The notes beneath the pieces were generated by a model. That model searched no databases, was not told the origin of the DNA, and was given only the letters and a program-made list of their open reading frames with translations. Of a stretch of DNA of 64,000 nucleotides, positions 6,761 through 16,529 are shown piece after piece; the first letter of the stretch is position 1, and each line of letters begins with the position of its first letter. The DNA is from an uncultured Planctomycetales bacterium (GTDB taxonomy: Bacteria > Omnitrophota > Gorgyraeia > Zapsychrales > Fredricksoniimonadaceae). The position numbers and the translations under genes were made by a program. The stretch covers positions 6,398-70,397 of the forward strand of contig CAZFNI010000007.1 in the NCBI GenBank assembly GCA_964520655.1, written 5' to 3'.

Positions 6761-8566
6761 ATGTCGCCGCGAAAAACAGGATTGTTGTGGGATGCCGCGG
6801 TCCTTTTGACCGTAGCCGTTGTGTTTATCATATTGACTGGCGGAAAGTGGACCCATCCGGTCAATGATTTTGGCCGGGAAGTCTACATCCCCTGGGCGAT
6901 CGATCAGGGGGCGGTCCTTTATAAAGACCTGGCTTATCTTTTTGGTGCTTTGCCGCCCTGCTTAAATGCGCTGCTGTTTAAATTCTTTGGAGCTTCCTTA
7001 CAGACGATCCAACAATTTGATCTTTTGGTCGTCGCCCTGATGACCGCGTTGATCTACCGATTTTTCTATCTTGTCTGGTGCCGGTTATCCGCATTAGCTG
7101 CTGCGGCATCATTTTTAGTTCTTTTTGCTTTTGATTATCTGCCGTTTGGTTCAAACATGTATTATTTAAGCCCCTATTCTCACAGTTATTTCTATGCTGG
7201 ATTGTTTACCCTCGCGATCTTTAACACACTGGAGAAGTATTTTAAGGATCAGCGTAAGCGCTGGCTTTTATTGACAGGGGTTCTTTTAGGTGCGGCATTG
7301 TTGTCCCGTCTGGAGTTATTTATCATCATATTCATCGCATCGATGTTCGGGCTGGTGATCGATGCCTGTGCCAAGAACATGGCGCTGCGGGAAAGGTTCC
7401 GGAACTGGATGCTGGTGTTGGCGGGGGTTACGATCGCGGTCCTGCCGTTTTTGATATATTTCTCGATGCATATGCCCGTGTCAAAAGCGTTAATGTCGAT
7501 CGTCGGGTTTAATCCACAGTGGCAGCAGGTGTCTGGCATCTATTTGTATAGAAATCTGGCCGGGCTTATCCATGTTCCGATGAACCTGCAGATGTTGGGC
7601 ATCGTTCTGGGAGCATACGCGGCGTTGTATTTAGGATTGAACGCGCTTGGTCAGGCGTTTTTGCTGCGGCGCGCGGGGAGGGATCATTTTCAGGTATTTG
7701 TTCTGGGGGCGTATTTCTTTACGGTTTATGGGGCTGTGCTGTATGCGGTCAATCACGGCTGGGCGCATGAGATCTTTCGTGGAGCGGCCGTTTGTGTGAT
7801 CTTAGCCGGTATTCTGGCGTATAGAAAAATGCGTCAAGCGCAGGATGCGGATAGCCGCACCAGGGCGCTGCTGATGCTGATGTTCTGTCTTTTTGCCGGG
7901 CTGATGCTGTTTAAAGTGCCGCTGTCGATGAAATTATTCAATTACGCGCTTTTTTACGGCATGCCCGCGGGGCTTGTCACAGTTATCGTCTGGGTCAAGG
8001 TGGTCCCGCAGATCATGCAGGAACGCTATAAGTCGGGCGCTGTCAGTCAGCTGTTTGTCTTATTCTTGCTTGTCAGCGTCGGAATCCAGGTGTTTGGCGC
8101 GTCCATCCATGGGCTTGGGGCGAGACAAAAGAAAGTCGGTCTGGGTCCCAATGCGCTGTGGGCGTTGGACAGGACTTCACCGTGGGGCGCGGGTGATGAT
8201 GTGGATCTATTCCTGAAATGGGCCAAAGAAAATCTTAAGGCCGGCGAGCGCTTCGTGGTCCTGCCGGAAGGCATCATGCTGAACTTTTTAACGGGGCATA
8301 AGATCTCCGGCAGGCATTTAACGTTTATGCCGGCGGAGATGGTCACCTTTGGCGAGAAAAGCATGTTGGGGGCATTGACGGAAGATCCGCCGGAATACAT
8401 GGTGCTTGTCCATAAAAGCAATGCTGAATACGGAGGGATCGTCCTGGGGCAGAATTATGCGCTTGAGATAGTCGGTTGGTTGAAAGAACATTATCAGCGG
8501 GTATGGATCTCCCGGGAAAAAAGGCCGGGGAATTTTTCAATTGAGGTCTATCAACGAAGATCATGA
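6761..8566 (+). CDS. Family A2: polytopic membrane protein, ArnT/PMT (GT-C)-like
   Basis: 601 aa, with GGAAGAGG upstream. NDFGREVYIPWAIDQGAVLYKDLAYLFGALPPCLNALLFKFFGASLQTI is nearly identical to A1 at both protein and DNA level. The C-terminal FVVLPEGIMLNFLTGHKISGRHLTFMPAEMVTFGE...PPEYMVLV is conserved. Confidence 0.6.
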   Translation: MSPRKTGLLWDAAVLLTVAVVFIILTGGKWTHPVNDFGREVYIPWAIDQGAVLYKDLAYLFGALPPCLNALLFKFFGASLQTIQQFDLLVVALMTALIYRFFYLVWCRLSALAAAASFLVLFAFDYLPFGSNMYYLSPYSHSYFYAGLFTLAIFNTLEKYFKDQRKRWLLLTGVLLGAALLSRLELFIIIFIASMFGLVIDACAKNMALRERFRNWMLVLAGVTIAVLPFLIYFSMHMPVSKALMSIVGFNPQWQQVSGIYLYRNLAGLIHVPMNLQMLGIVLGAYAALYLGLNALGQAFLLRRAGRDHFQVFVLGAYFFTVYGAVLYAVNHGWAHEIFRGAAVCVILAGILAYRKMRQAQDADSRTRALLMLMFCLFAGLMLFKVPLSMKLFNYALFYGMPAGLVTVIVWVKVVPQIMQERYKSGAVSQLFVLFLLVSVGIQVFGASIHGLGARQKKVGLGPNALWALDRTSPWGAGDDVDLFLKWAKENLKAGERFVVLPEGIMLNFLTGHKISGRHLTFMPAEMVTFGEKSMLGALTEDPPEYMVLVHKSNAEYGGIVLGQNYALEIVGWLKEHYQRVWISREKRPGNFSIEVYQRRS

Positions 8567-8575
8567 TAAAACGTA

Positions 8576-10387
8576 ATGGATAAGAATAAACGGGACATAG
8601 CCCTGGATGCGGCATTTATTCTGATGGTCTTGGGTGGATTTGTGGCCGTGACCTGGGGCCGGTGGGCTCATCCGATCATTGATTACGGCCGCGAGGTGTA
8701 TGTCCCCTGGCGTATCACCGCGGGGGAGGTCTTATATAAGGACCTGGCTTATCTGTTCGGTGCTTTTCCGCCCTATTGGAATGCGCTGCTTTTTAAAGTG
8801 TTCGGCCCATCGATCGCCACCTTGACGGGATTCAACACCCTCCTGGCCCTGGCGGATGTGTTCTTGGTGTACCGGTTCCTGCTTCTGTCCGCCGATCGCT
8901 TGACCGCGCTTTTGGGCGCGGCTGGTTTTTTATTGCTGGCGGTCTGCAATCTGCACATGGCCTACAATATGTATTATTTGGCCCCCTATTCGCATAATGC
9001 CGCGTATGCGGTCTTTTTTGTTTTGTGCGCGTTAAATGTGCTGCCGTCGTTGTTGCGGATATTGGAGCACAGGGCATTCTTTTTATTGGGGCTTTTTCTC
9101 GCTGGAGCGTTGTTATCGAGGCTGGAAATATTCCTGGCCGCGGCGCTGGCGATCTTTACGGCTTTAGGGTTGTATTTTTGGAAATATTCAGTACAAAAAA
9201 ATAAAGCGTTCGCTTATATCGGCACGGCGGTGGCAGGCATTTTCTTTCCGGTATTTGTGTTCTGGGTGTATTTTGTGGCACACTTGCCGCCCTTAGAAGC
9301 ACTTTTTTCTATTATAGGCTATAACCCTCAGTGGCGAGAGGTGGCCCAAACAACACTGTATGCCAAGCAATATGCGGCGTGGCGGGAGAATGTCACGCTG
9401 ATGGCCATGGCGTTGGGAGGCAGCATGTTATTGATCGTCGGCATTGAGATATGCTGCCGGGGCATGATGTTATGGCAAAAGAGCAAAGAGCGGTTGAAAG
9501 CACTGTTGATGTGCGGTCTTTCTGTGTTGTTATATACAGGGGTTCTATATGTTTGCACGGGTGAGAATGTGTATGATGTGTTTCGGGGGCAGATCATCCT
9601 TCAGATCGTATTGGTCGTTTTTTGTTATAAAAGATTCCAGTCTTCCACTGGATTGGAAGATAATATCAGAACATTGTGCCTTTGGGTGTTGTGTGCCTGG
9701 GGGCTTTTCATGCTGGGGAAGATCCCCTTAAAATGTGTTGTCCGGGGCAGCGGCTTGATCTACGGGATCCCGGCGATGCTGACAGCGGTCGTTCTTTTCG
9801 CGTATCTTCTGCCGCAGCGGGCGCAAAGGCTTTACGGCCAGGGGCGTATTGCGGCAATAGCGGCAGCGCTGCTGCTGACATTTTTGTTCTGTCGGGTGTT
9901 GGCGTCTTCGTTGAATAACTTGTCGCTGCGTTTGAAGGCTGTCGGTCAGGGAGCCAATGCATTGCGGACCATTGATTACCCATTGCCATTCGGGCTTGGG
10001 ACCGACATTGAGAAATTCCTTTCTTGGTCGCGGGATCATTTGGGGAACAATGACACCTATGTTGTCCTGCCCGAGGGGGTCATGCTCAATTTCCTGACCC
10101 GTCACCGGATAACGGGCCAGCACATCACCTTTATGCCGGCGGAACTGGCAACGTTCACGGAAGAACGTATGCTGGCAGGGTTGAAGGATGTTCCGCCTGA
10201 TTATGTGGTCATTGTGAATAAGGATAATACGGCTTACGGGGATATGGTTTTTGGGAAGAATTACGCGCCGCGTCTTTATCAGTGGGTCATGACGCGGTAT
10301 TCGCCGGTCTGGGATTCCAGGGTTATCCCCAACCGGTATGCAGGCATAACGGTCTTCAAACGTCAGGAAATACAGGGGCATGAATAG
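8576..10387 (+). CDS. Family A3: polytopic membrane protein, ArnT/PMT (GT-C)-like
   Basis: 603 aa. Motifs: WAHPIIDYGREVYVPWRITAGEVLYKDLAYLFGAFPPYWNALLFKVFG and the C-terminal YVVLPEGVMLNFLTRHRITGQHITFMPAELATF...PPDYVVIV. Confidence 0.6.
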   Translation: MDKNKRDIALDAAFILMVLGGFVAVTWGRWAHPIIDYGREVYVPWRITAGEVLYKDLAYLFGAFPPYWNALLFKVFGPSIATLTGFNTLLALADVFLVYRFLLLSADRLTALLGAAGFLLLAVCNLHMAYNMYYLAPYSHNAAYAVFFVLCALNVLPSLLRILEHRAFFLLGLFLAGALLSRLEIFLAAALAIFTALGLYFWKYSVQKNKAFAYIGTAVAGIFFPVFVFWVYFVAHLPPLEALFSIIGYNPQWREVAQTTLYAKQYAAWRENVTLMAMALGGSMLLIVGIEICCRGMMLWQKSKERLKALLMCGLSVLLYTGVLYVCTGENVYDVFRGQIILQIVLVVFCYKRFQSSTGLEDNIRTLCLWVLCAWGLFMLGKIPLKCVVRGSGLIYGIPAMLTAVVLFAYLLPQRAQRLYGQGRIAAIAAALLLTFLFCRVLASSLNNLSLRLKAVGQGANALRTIDYPLPFGLGTDIEKFLSWSRDHLGNNDTYVVLPEGVMLNFLTRHRITGQHITFMPAELATFTEERMLAGLKDVPPDYVVIVNKDNTAYGDMVFGKNYAPRLYQWVMTRYSPVWDSRVIPNRYAGITVFKRQEIQGHE

Positions 10388-12743
10388 GAATTTAGTCACC
10401 GTCGGTGTCATTTCGTTTTCGGCCATCTTGTTCCAGATATGCGTCACGCGCATTCTGGCGGTGACCCTGTGGTATCATTTTGCTTTTCTGGTGATCTCGC
10501 TTTCGATGCTGGGGATGACGGCAGCCGCGATCGCCTGTTTTGTTTTTTGGCCGCGTGTCATAGAAACACAAAGCCGGCGGTATTTTATTATTTTTGCAGC
10601 CCTGTTCGCCTTGCTTGCGCCATTATCCGTTGCTGTTCATTTAAATATCAATTTTCAGGAAGTGGCGTTCAACACGGCCGGATTTTATGCGATCGCGATG
10701 CTCCAGCTGGTGTTTTTGGCGGCGGCGTTCTTCGCCGCAGGGATGGCGTTAAATATCATTTTGTTCAAAGAACAGGAACGGATCGGATTTGTCTATTTCT
10801 GTGATCTGATCGGCGCCGCGGCGGCAAGCCTTCTGGTCATGGCGCTGTTATATTGGGTCAGCCCTATCGCTGTTGTGTTTCTCATTTCATTTTTGTCCTT
10901 ATGGGCAGCCTATGTGCAGGCATCGCATCAGGGCTTACGCCTGGCGCTGCTTTTATCAGCGGGAGTGATGCTGGTATTATTCATCAACAATGACGCGTGG
11001 CATATCTTTAAGATCAGGGCCGTGAAAAGTTATGGGGAGAAAGCGTTCCAGGTGGAGGACAAACCTCTTTTGTTCGAGAAATGGTCGCCGTTCGCGCGTA
11101 CGACGGTGTACAGCCCGACCCGCCATGACAGCGGGACATTATCCATTGAGAATAATTCCGGCGCACCGGCGGCAATGTTCAAATATGACCCGATGCTTCC
11201 GCCAACCCAGCTGAGGACCAGGCTTTACGGTCTTCAGGAAATGGCTTTTGTCCTCAAGAAGAGCGATGAAGCCTTGATCATCGGCTCAGGCGGAGGGAGG
11301 AATTTGCTGGCAGCGTTGCTCTCGGGTCAGGGCCATATCACGGCGGTTGAGGTCAATCCGGTGACTGCGGAGATCGTTACAAAGGATTTTTCGGATTATA
11401 TCGGCCGCATCTTTGAGGATTCCCGCGTTACTTTTCATGTGCAGGAGGGGAGGAATTTCATTGCCCGTACCCAACAGTTGTACGATGTGATCAATATCTC
11501 CATGGTTGAGAGCTGGGGGAATCAGGCCGCGGCCAGCAATTCGTATATTTTTACCGAGAACACCTTGTACACCAGAGAAGCGGTCTGGGATTATGTGCGT
11601 CATTTAAACCCGCAGGGGATACTGAGCATCACCCGGTATGATGATTTTGATGAAGGCTTGCGTTTAGTGAACACGATGATCGACACGCTGCAGGAGAGAG
11701 GGGAAAAAGACCTTAAGGACCAGTTCGTCGTTGTGTTGGGCTACAAGTATCGGGGATCGGTGGGGCTAGCCAATGTCATGTACAAACGCGGCGGATTCAC
11801 CAGGGAAGATGTGGCCAGGATCAGGGATTTTACATCCCGTAACGGTTTTAAGATCATTTACGCGCCGTTCTTGCCGGAGGCAGCAATGAGCGCGCTTCCC
11901 CGGTCGGAATTTTACCGCAAGCTTATCCTCGGGAAAGACAGGAGGGATGATCTGGTGGCGCGGTATCCCCGGATCATCAGCCCATCCACGGACGACAAAC
12001 CATTTTTTTTCTACATGGACCGATTTAAGGATTCATTTGTGTTCAATGCCAATGAACATGCGGCCCGAAGACGCGCTATCCCGATATTGTATGGATTGTG
12101 TGCGGGGGTAGCGGTGCTTAGCCTGATCATGGTCTTTCTGCCGTTGTTAGTTTACCGCCGTACACGTTTAAGCACGCTGTTGCAATGCCGGGTGAATTTG
12201 CTTTATTTTGCAGCGCTGGGAACGGGGTTTATGTTCATTGAGTTATCCCTGATACAGCGACTGACTGTTTTTCTGGGGCATCCCATTTACGCCTTGATCG
12301 TGGTGTTGACCGCCTTGCTGTTAAGCAGCGCTATGGGGAGCTTCTTCTCAGGAAGGATCAAGCCTCTAATGAAAGAGAAGGTGCTTAAGGTTGTGCTGCT
12401 GGCGATCGCCCTCTGTGGCGTTCTTGTGGGGGGAATTATGTTCGATCACCTGGCGCGCTGGATGTATTTACAGCAGCCGCTGCGTGTCATCGTTGCTGTC
12501 GCGACCATCGTTCCTTTGGGGGCTATGCTGGGGATGTGTTTCCCGCTGGGTGTTCATTTGCTGCAGGAGAAGGACAGGCAGCTGATCGTATGGGCGTGGG
12601 GTATCAACGGGATATTTTCTGTCTTAGGATCGGTGCTGGCCATGGTGCTGGCACTGCATATGGGATTTAAAGCCGTGTTCTTGATCGGAGCGGCATGTTA
12701 TTGCGGGGCATGGTTGGCGGTCAAACGCATGGGGAATCAATGA
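10380..12743 (+). CDS. Spermidine-synthase-like (class I SAM/dcSAM-binding fold) domain flanked by two multi-span membrane domains (787 aa)
   Basis: The central domain LIIGSGGGRNLLAALLSGQGHITAVEVNPVTAEIV...RVTFHVQEGRNFIARTQQLYDVINISMVESW resembles the SpeE-type aminopropyltransferase core. Hydrophobic segments lie on both sides (about 200 aa at the N-terminus and about 220 aa at the C-terminus). Overlaps the upstream gene by 8 nt. Confidence 0.65.
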   Translation: MNRNLVTVGVISFSAILFQICVTRILAVTLWYHFAFLVISLSMLGMTAAAIACFVFWPRVIETQSRRYFIIFAALFALLAPLSVAVHLNINFQEVAFNTAGFYAIAMLQLVFLAAAFFAAGMALNIILFKEQERIGFVYFCDLIGAAAASLLVMALLYWVSPIAVVFLISFLSLWAAYVQASHQGLRLALLLSAGVMLVLFINNDAWHIFKIRAVKSYGEKAFQVEDKPLLFEKWSPFARTTVYSPTRHDSGTLSIENNSGAPAAMFKYDPMLPPTQLRTRLYGLQEMAFVLKKSDEALIIGSGGGRNLLAALLSGQGHITAVEVNPVTAEIVTKDFSDYIGRIFEDSRVTFHVQEGRNFIARTQQLYDVINISMVESWGNQAAASNSYIFTENTLYTREAVWDYVRHLNPQGILSITRYDDFDEGLRLVNTMIDTLQERGEKDLKDQFVVVLGYKYRGSVGLANVMYKRGGFTREDVARIRDFTSRNGFKIIYAPFLPEAAMSALPRSEFYRKLILGKDRRDDLVARYPRIISPSTDDKPFFFYMDRFKDSFVFNANEHAARRRAIPILYGLCAGVAVLSLIMVFLPLLVYRRTRLSTLLQCRVNLLYFAALGTGFMFIELSLIQRLTVFLGHPIYALIVVLTALLLSSAMGSFFSGRIKPLMKEKVLKVVLLAIALCGVLVGGIMFDHLARWMYLQQPLRVIVAVATIVPLGAMLGMCFPLGVHLLQEKDRQLIVWAWGINGIFSVLGSVLAMVLALHMGFKAVFLIGAACYCGAWLAVKRMGNQ

Positions 12744-14566
12744 GATTAAACATGGCAAAGATCGACAGACGAGTTGTGCAAGATGTCATTGTGCTGATGA
12801 TCGTCATGATGTATTTCATCGCAAGGACATGGGGGAAATGGGCCCACCCGATCACGGATTTCGGACGGGAATTGTATATCCCTTGGCGCTTAAGCGAAGG
12901 GCAAATATTATACAGGGACATTGCCTATTTGTTTGGTGCATTTCCCCCCTATTGGAACGCGCTGATGTTCAAGCTGTTCTCCCCGTCGCTGGCCATGTTG
13001 ATAACGATCGACCTTGTGGCGGCTTGTTTATACACAGCATTGATCTACCGCTTTTTATATGTCACAACCAACCGGTCAACAGCATTCATGGGAAGTTTGG
13101 GTTTCATGATGGTGTTCGTCTGTAATTTTATGGGGTATAACATGTATTATCTAACCCCCTATTCTCACAGCAATTTTTATGCCGTTCTCTTTTCTTTGGC
13201 CGCAATGAACCTGTTCCATCTTCTTTCGCAACACTTTAAAAAAAGGATGGTATTCGCGATCGGCCTGTTATTAGGCGGGGTGCTCTTATCACGTCTAGAG
13301 ATATTCCTGACGATCATTATCCCTGTTATTGTTGGTATAGCGATGTTGGTGGATCGACGCGGCAGCAAGGCAGTGATCGCACGGAGTTATGCTGTATTTC
13401 TTTTAGGGCTTGTGATCCCCGTTATCTGTGCATGGGGTTATTTCTTGCAGTATTTCCCAGCGGCACAGGCGCTGCAGAACATCGTGGGATATAATCCCCA
13501 TTGGCAGAAAATATCGGGTGTCTATTTGTACGCAAAACAATATCTCGGCTGGGAAAGGAATGCCTCTCTAACGGCAAAGGCAATAGCCGCGGGCTTTATA
13601 TTTTATGGAGCCATTGATCTGTTGTGCCGGGGTATTCGCGGGGGTCTTGACAATAAAGGGGCATATCGGTTTGCGGGGATGATCTTGCCGGGTTTTTGTA
13701 TGTATGCCTTGATCGTTTATCTGTGTGTGACGCCTTATGTGTACGATTCTTTTCGGGGAGCGGCCATGGCGGCTGTCGTGCTGGCTGCAGCTCTTTTCCG
13801 TCGACTGAAAGGTGTTCCGTCCTTGCCGCAGAGTATTCCAGGTCTGATACCGCTGCTGGTGTGTTGTTTCTGGGCAGTCTTGATGTTGTTCAAGGTGCCG
13901 CTGATGATCACCTTCCGGGGATACGGGCTGGTCTATGGGCTGCCGGCATTTCTGATGGGGGTGGTCCTTTTTGTGTATTTTGTCCCACAGCAGATGCAGC
14001 GGAAATATGGTCAGGGACAGTTGTCGCGGCGACTGGTATCCGCGTTGCTGCTGTTGATATGCGTGATGATATATTCTTCTTCATTCAAAAATTTGTCATC
14101 GAGGAACAAGGCTGTTGGTTCTGGGAATAATATTGTTGTTTATCTGGACAAGAAGTCCTCTTACGGACTGGCGGAAGATATTGAGCGTTTTCTCCTCTGG
14201 GCCAAGGATCATTTGGGCCCCAGGGACACGTATGTTGTTCTTCCTGAGGGAGTAATGCTCAATTTTTTCACCAGGCATGCGATCACCGGTCCGCATGTCA
14301 GCTTTATGCCCGCGGAAATGGCCACGTATGGGCAAGAAGAACTGTTATTGTCGTTAGAACGTGATCCGCCGGACTATGTGCTCATTGTCCACAAAGATAA
14401 TCGCGTGTATCCCGGGATGATATTGGGTAGAAATTATGCGGTAAGCATTGTAGACTGGGTCAAAAGAAATTACCGTTCTGTCTGGGATTCGCGCGAGAAT
14501 AAAAAACGTTTTGTCGGGATCGAAGTGTTTCAACGCGAGGGGATAAATGATCAAGATCTTTATTAG
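12740..14566 (+). CDS. Family A4: polytopic membrane protein, ArnT/PMT (GT-C)-like
   Basis: The track ORF opens at 12695 inside the upstream gene. ATG 12740 gives an ATGA stop/start overlap, and its N-terminus (MRLNMAKIDRRVVQD..) is colinear with A1-A3. Motifs: WAHPITDFGRELYIPWRLSEGQILYRDIAYLFGAFPPYWNALMFKLF and the C-terminal YVVLPEGVMLNFFTRHAITGPHVSFMPAEMATYG...PPDYVLIV. Confidence 0.6.
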   Translation: MRLNMAKIDRRVVQDVIVLMIVMMYFIARTWGKWAHPITDFGRELYIPWRLSEGQILYRDIAYLFGAFPPYWNALMFKLFSPSLAMLITIDLVAACLYTALIYRFLYVTTNRSTAFMGSLGFMMVFVCNFMGYNMYYLTPYSHSNFYAVLFSLAAMNLFHLLSQHFKKRMVFAIGLLLGGVLLSRLEIFLTIIIPVIVGIAMLVDRRGSKAVIARSYAVFLLGLVIPVICAWGYFLQYFPAAQALQNIVGYNPHWQKISGVYLYAKQYLGWERNASLTAKAIAAGFIFYGAIDLLCRGIRGGLDNKGAYRFAGMILPGFCMYALIVYLCVTPYVYDSFRGAAMAAVVLAAALFRRLKGVPSLPQSIPGLIPLLVCCFWAVLMLFKVPLMITFRGYGLVYGLPAFLMGVVLFVYFVPQQMQRKYGQGQLSRRLVSALLLLICVMIYSSSFKNLSSRNKAVGSGNNIVVYLDKKSSYGLAEDIERFLLWAKDHLGPRDTYVVLPEGVMLNFFTRHAITGPHVSFMPAEMATYGQEELLLSLERDPPDYVLIVHKDNRVYPGMILGRNYAVSIVDWVKRNYRSVWDSRENKKRFVGIEVFQREGINDQDLY

Positions 14567-16529
14567 GAGCATGTTTATCGCGTTGATCGCCGCATGTTTG
14601 ATCGGCATGTCCGACCTGATATTCATTTCTGTTTCCCCTAAAGCGTTTATCAGTTTCAGGAATATCACTGTTCTGGCCGGAGTTCCGGTCCTGGCGATGA
14701 ACTGGCTGCTGGTCTTTTTCGCAACGTTCATCCTTGTGTTCGTATGTTCTTGGCTGGGAGGCTATGTTGTCGCCGGGATCTTTTCTTTATGGACGATCTT
14801 TTATTTGATCAGTTGGGGGACATATTTAGTCGTTGGTGAGTTTCTTGGTTTCGAGGGGATCCGGTTTGTTTGGTATAACCTCAATGATATCCTCTGGATG
14901 ATGGGACAGATCTCTGCCTGGTATTGGGTGGCTTTGACCGTCCTGGTACTAACGCCGGTCGCTGGTTTTCTTTTGACCAACAGGTTTAGTCATTATTTCA
15001 AGAAGATCATCACCGCTCTTGAAGTGAGGCAAAGAGTAGTTGCTGGGATCGGTGTTCTGGTTTTATGCACGTTGATGGCGATCGCGTTTATTCTTTTTGC
15101 GTCGTTGACCCCCAAACAGAAAGCTGACTTAAGATTACGTGTTTCTCCCCAGGCGACATTGTTCTGGGACCGTCCGCAAAAAGAGATCCTTTTGGGACGC
15201 GCGCATGATCAAGAGCACTTAAGAACACATTACTCCCAGGTTATTGGATGGGAGGATTATCAGAAGATGCAGGTCAAGACCGTCAAGCCTGTTCCTGTGA
15301 TCGTCATAGTCATTGAGTCCATGTGCTGGGACGTTTTGAACAATGCGCAGGTGATGCCCAACACGTACGCTTTAAAACAGGATGGAGTGTATTTACGCGC
15401 GTATACGACCAGCAATCAATCCGATTATGCGTGGCCCGCGATATTCTCGTCACAATATCCCCTGCGGACCAGATATCATTATTATTATCCCAGAGAAAGC
15501 CGCTTCCCGCGCGTTACCATCTATGACGTATTAAAGCAACAGGGATTCGACACGGCTATCTATTCTGCCCAGAATGAGACCTGGGGGGGAATGTTCAATT
15601 ATTTGAATACCGGGTCTTTAGACATGTTCTATTATTCCGATGCCTCTCATGGGGAGGATTATATGTCCCACGAAGATTCCGGGTTCGCTGCCTATACGAA
15701 AAAGTTCAGATCCCCGGGGAAGATCGATGATGGAGTGGTGGTCGATGAGGCCATATCGTGGATCAAAGGAAGGCATCAGGATAAGTTCTTTCTTGGTCTT
15801 AATTTTCAGCGTTCGCATTTCCCCTATACCTGGCCCGACTCATTCCATCCCCCTGATCCGGGAGTAAAGCCAAGCGGCTGGGGATATTCACGCACTCTGG
15901 TCAAGGGTGTAAAGGCCAGGTATTTCAGTGCGTTGCGTTATACGGATGAACAGATCGGACGTTTTATTAATTTCTTAAAAGAGCAGGGGATCTATGAAAA
16001 GAGCATTATTGTATTGATGGGCGACCACGGAGAGGCCTTTTATGAACATGCTTCTCCGATCCATGGGAATGAACTCTTCAATGAAACTGCTTTGACCGGG
16101 TTGTTGATCAAGGGATCAAACGAGCGCATAACCGTCAAAAATTATAAGAATCCGGAACTTCTGGATGTTGCTCCGACGCTATCTTCAATGTTGGGATTGA
16201 CGATACATCCGGCTTTTCAGGGGGAATCACTAGTGGCCCCGTCTTCTTTTTCAAAACCAGTCTTCATCACGGTGCAGTCGGCTATCGCTAAACAGGATGC
16301 GATCGTCGCGGGCGGGTGGAAATTGATCCGGGATCTGCGTAATAACAGGACATCTCTTTTTGATCTTCGACGTGATCCTGGGGAAAGCAAGAATGTTTAT
16401 CAATCCAATCAGGTTCAAGGGCTGAAACTGTTGCTCCAGTTGCTGTATTGGCGCAAGAAGCAGTTAGAGTATTATTCAACACCGGACATGGCAAAAAAAT
16501 ATTATGCCCCCAAGTACTCGTCCCCATAA
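14547..16529 (+). CDS. LtaS-like / sulfatase-family (alkaline-phosphatase superfamily) transferase with an N-terminal multi-span membrane domain
   Basis: 660 aa. About 200 aa of hydrophobic N-terminus are followed by PVIVIVIESMCWDVL..., ...LNFQRSHFPY..., IIVLMGDHGEAFYEH..PIHGNELFNE and LDVAPT. These are typical of membrane-anchored sulfatase-fold phosphoglycerol or phosphoethanolamine transferases. Confidence 0.7.
   Translation: MIKIFIRSMFIALIAACLIGMSDLIFISVSPKAFISFRNITVLAGVPVLAMNWLLVFFATFILVFVCSWLGGYVVAGIFSLWTIFYLISWGTYLVVGEFLGFEGIRFVWYNLNDILWMMGQISAWYWVALTVLVLTPVAGFLLTNRFSHYFKKIITALEVRQRVVAGIGVLVLCTLMAIAFILFASLTPKQKADLRLRVSPQATLFWDRPQKEILLGRAHDQEHLRTHYSQVIGWEDYQKMQVKTVKPVPVIVIVIESMCWDVLNNAQVMPNTYALKQDGVYLRAYTTSNQSDYAWPAIFSSQYPLRTRYHYYYPRESRFPRVTIYDVLKQQGFDTAIYSAQNETWGGMFNYLNTGSLDMFYYSDASHGEDYMSHEDSGFAAYTKKFRSPGKIDDGVVVDEAISWIKGRHQDKFFLGLNFQRSHFPYTWPDSFHPPDPGVKPSGWGYSRTLVKGVKARYFSALRYTDEQIGRFINFLKEQGIYEKSIIVLMGDHGEAFYEHASPIHGNELFNETALTGLLIKGSNERITVKNYKNPELLDVAPTLSSMLGLTIHPAFQGESLVAPSSFSKPVFITVQSAIAKQDAIVAGGWKLIRDLRNNRTSLFDLRRDPGESKNVYQSNQVQGLKLLLQLLYWRKKQLEYYSTPDMAKKYYAPKYSSP

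Noticed and set aside
9728-10453. Antisense ORF of 241 aa spanning the A3/SpeE-like junction
   Set aside because: It is entirely antisense to two well-supported, translationally coupled genes. Its product is basic and low-complexity, with no recognisable motif.
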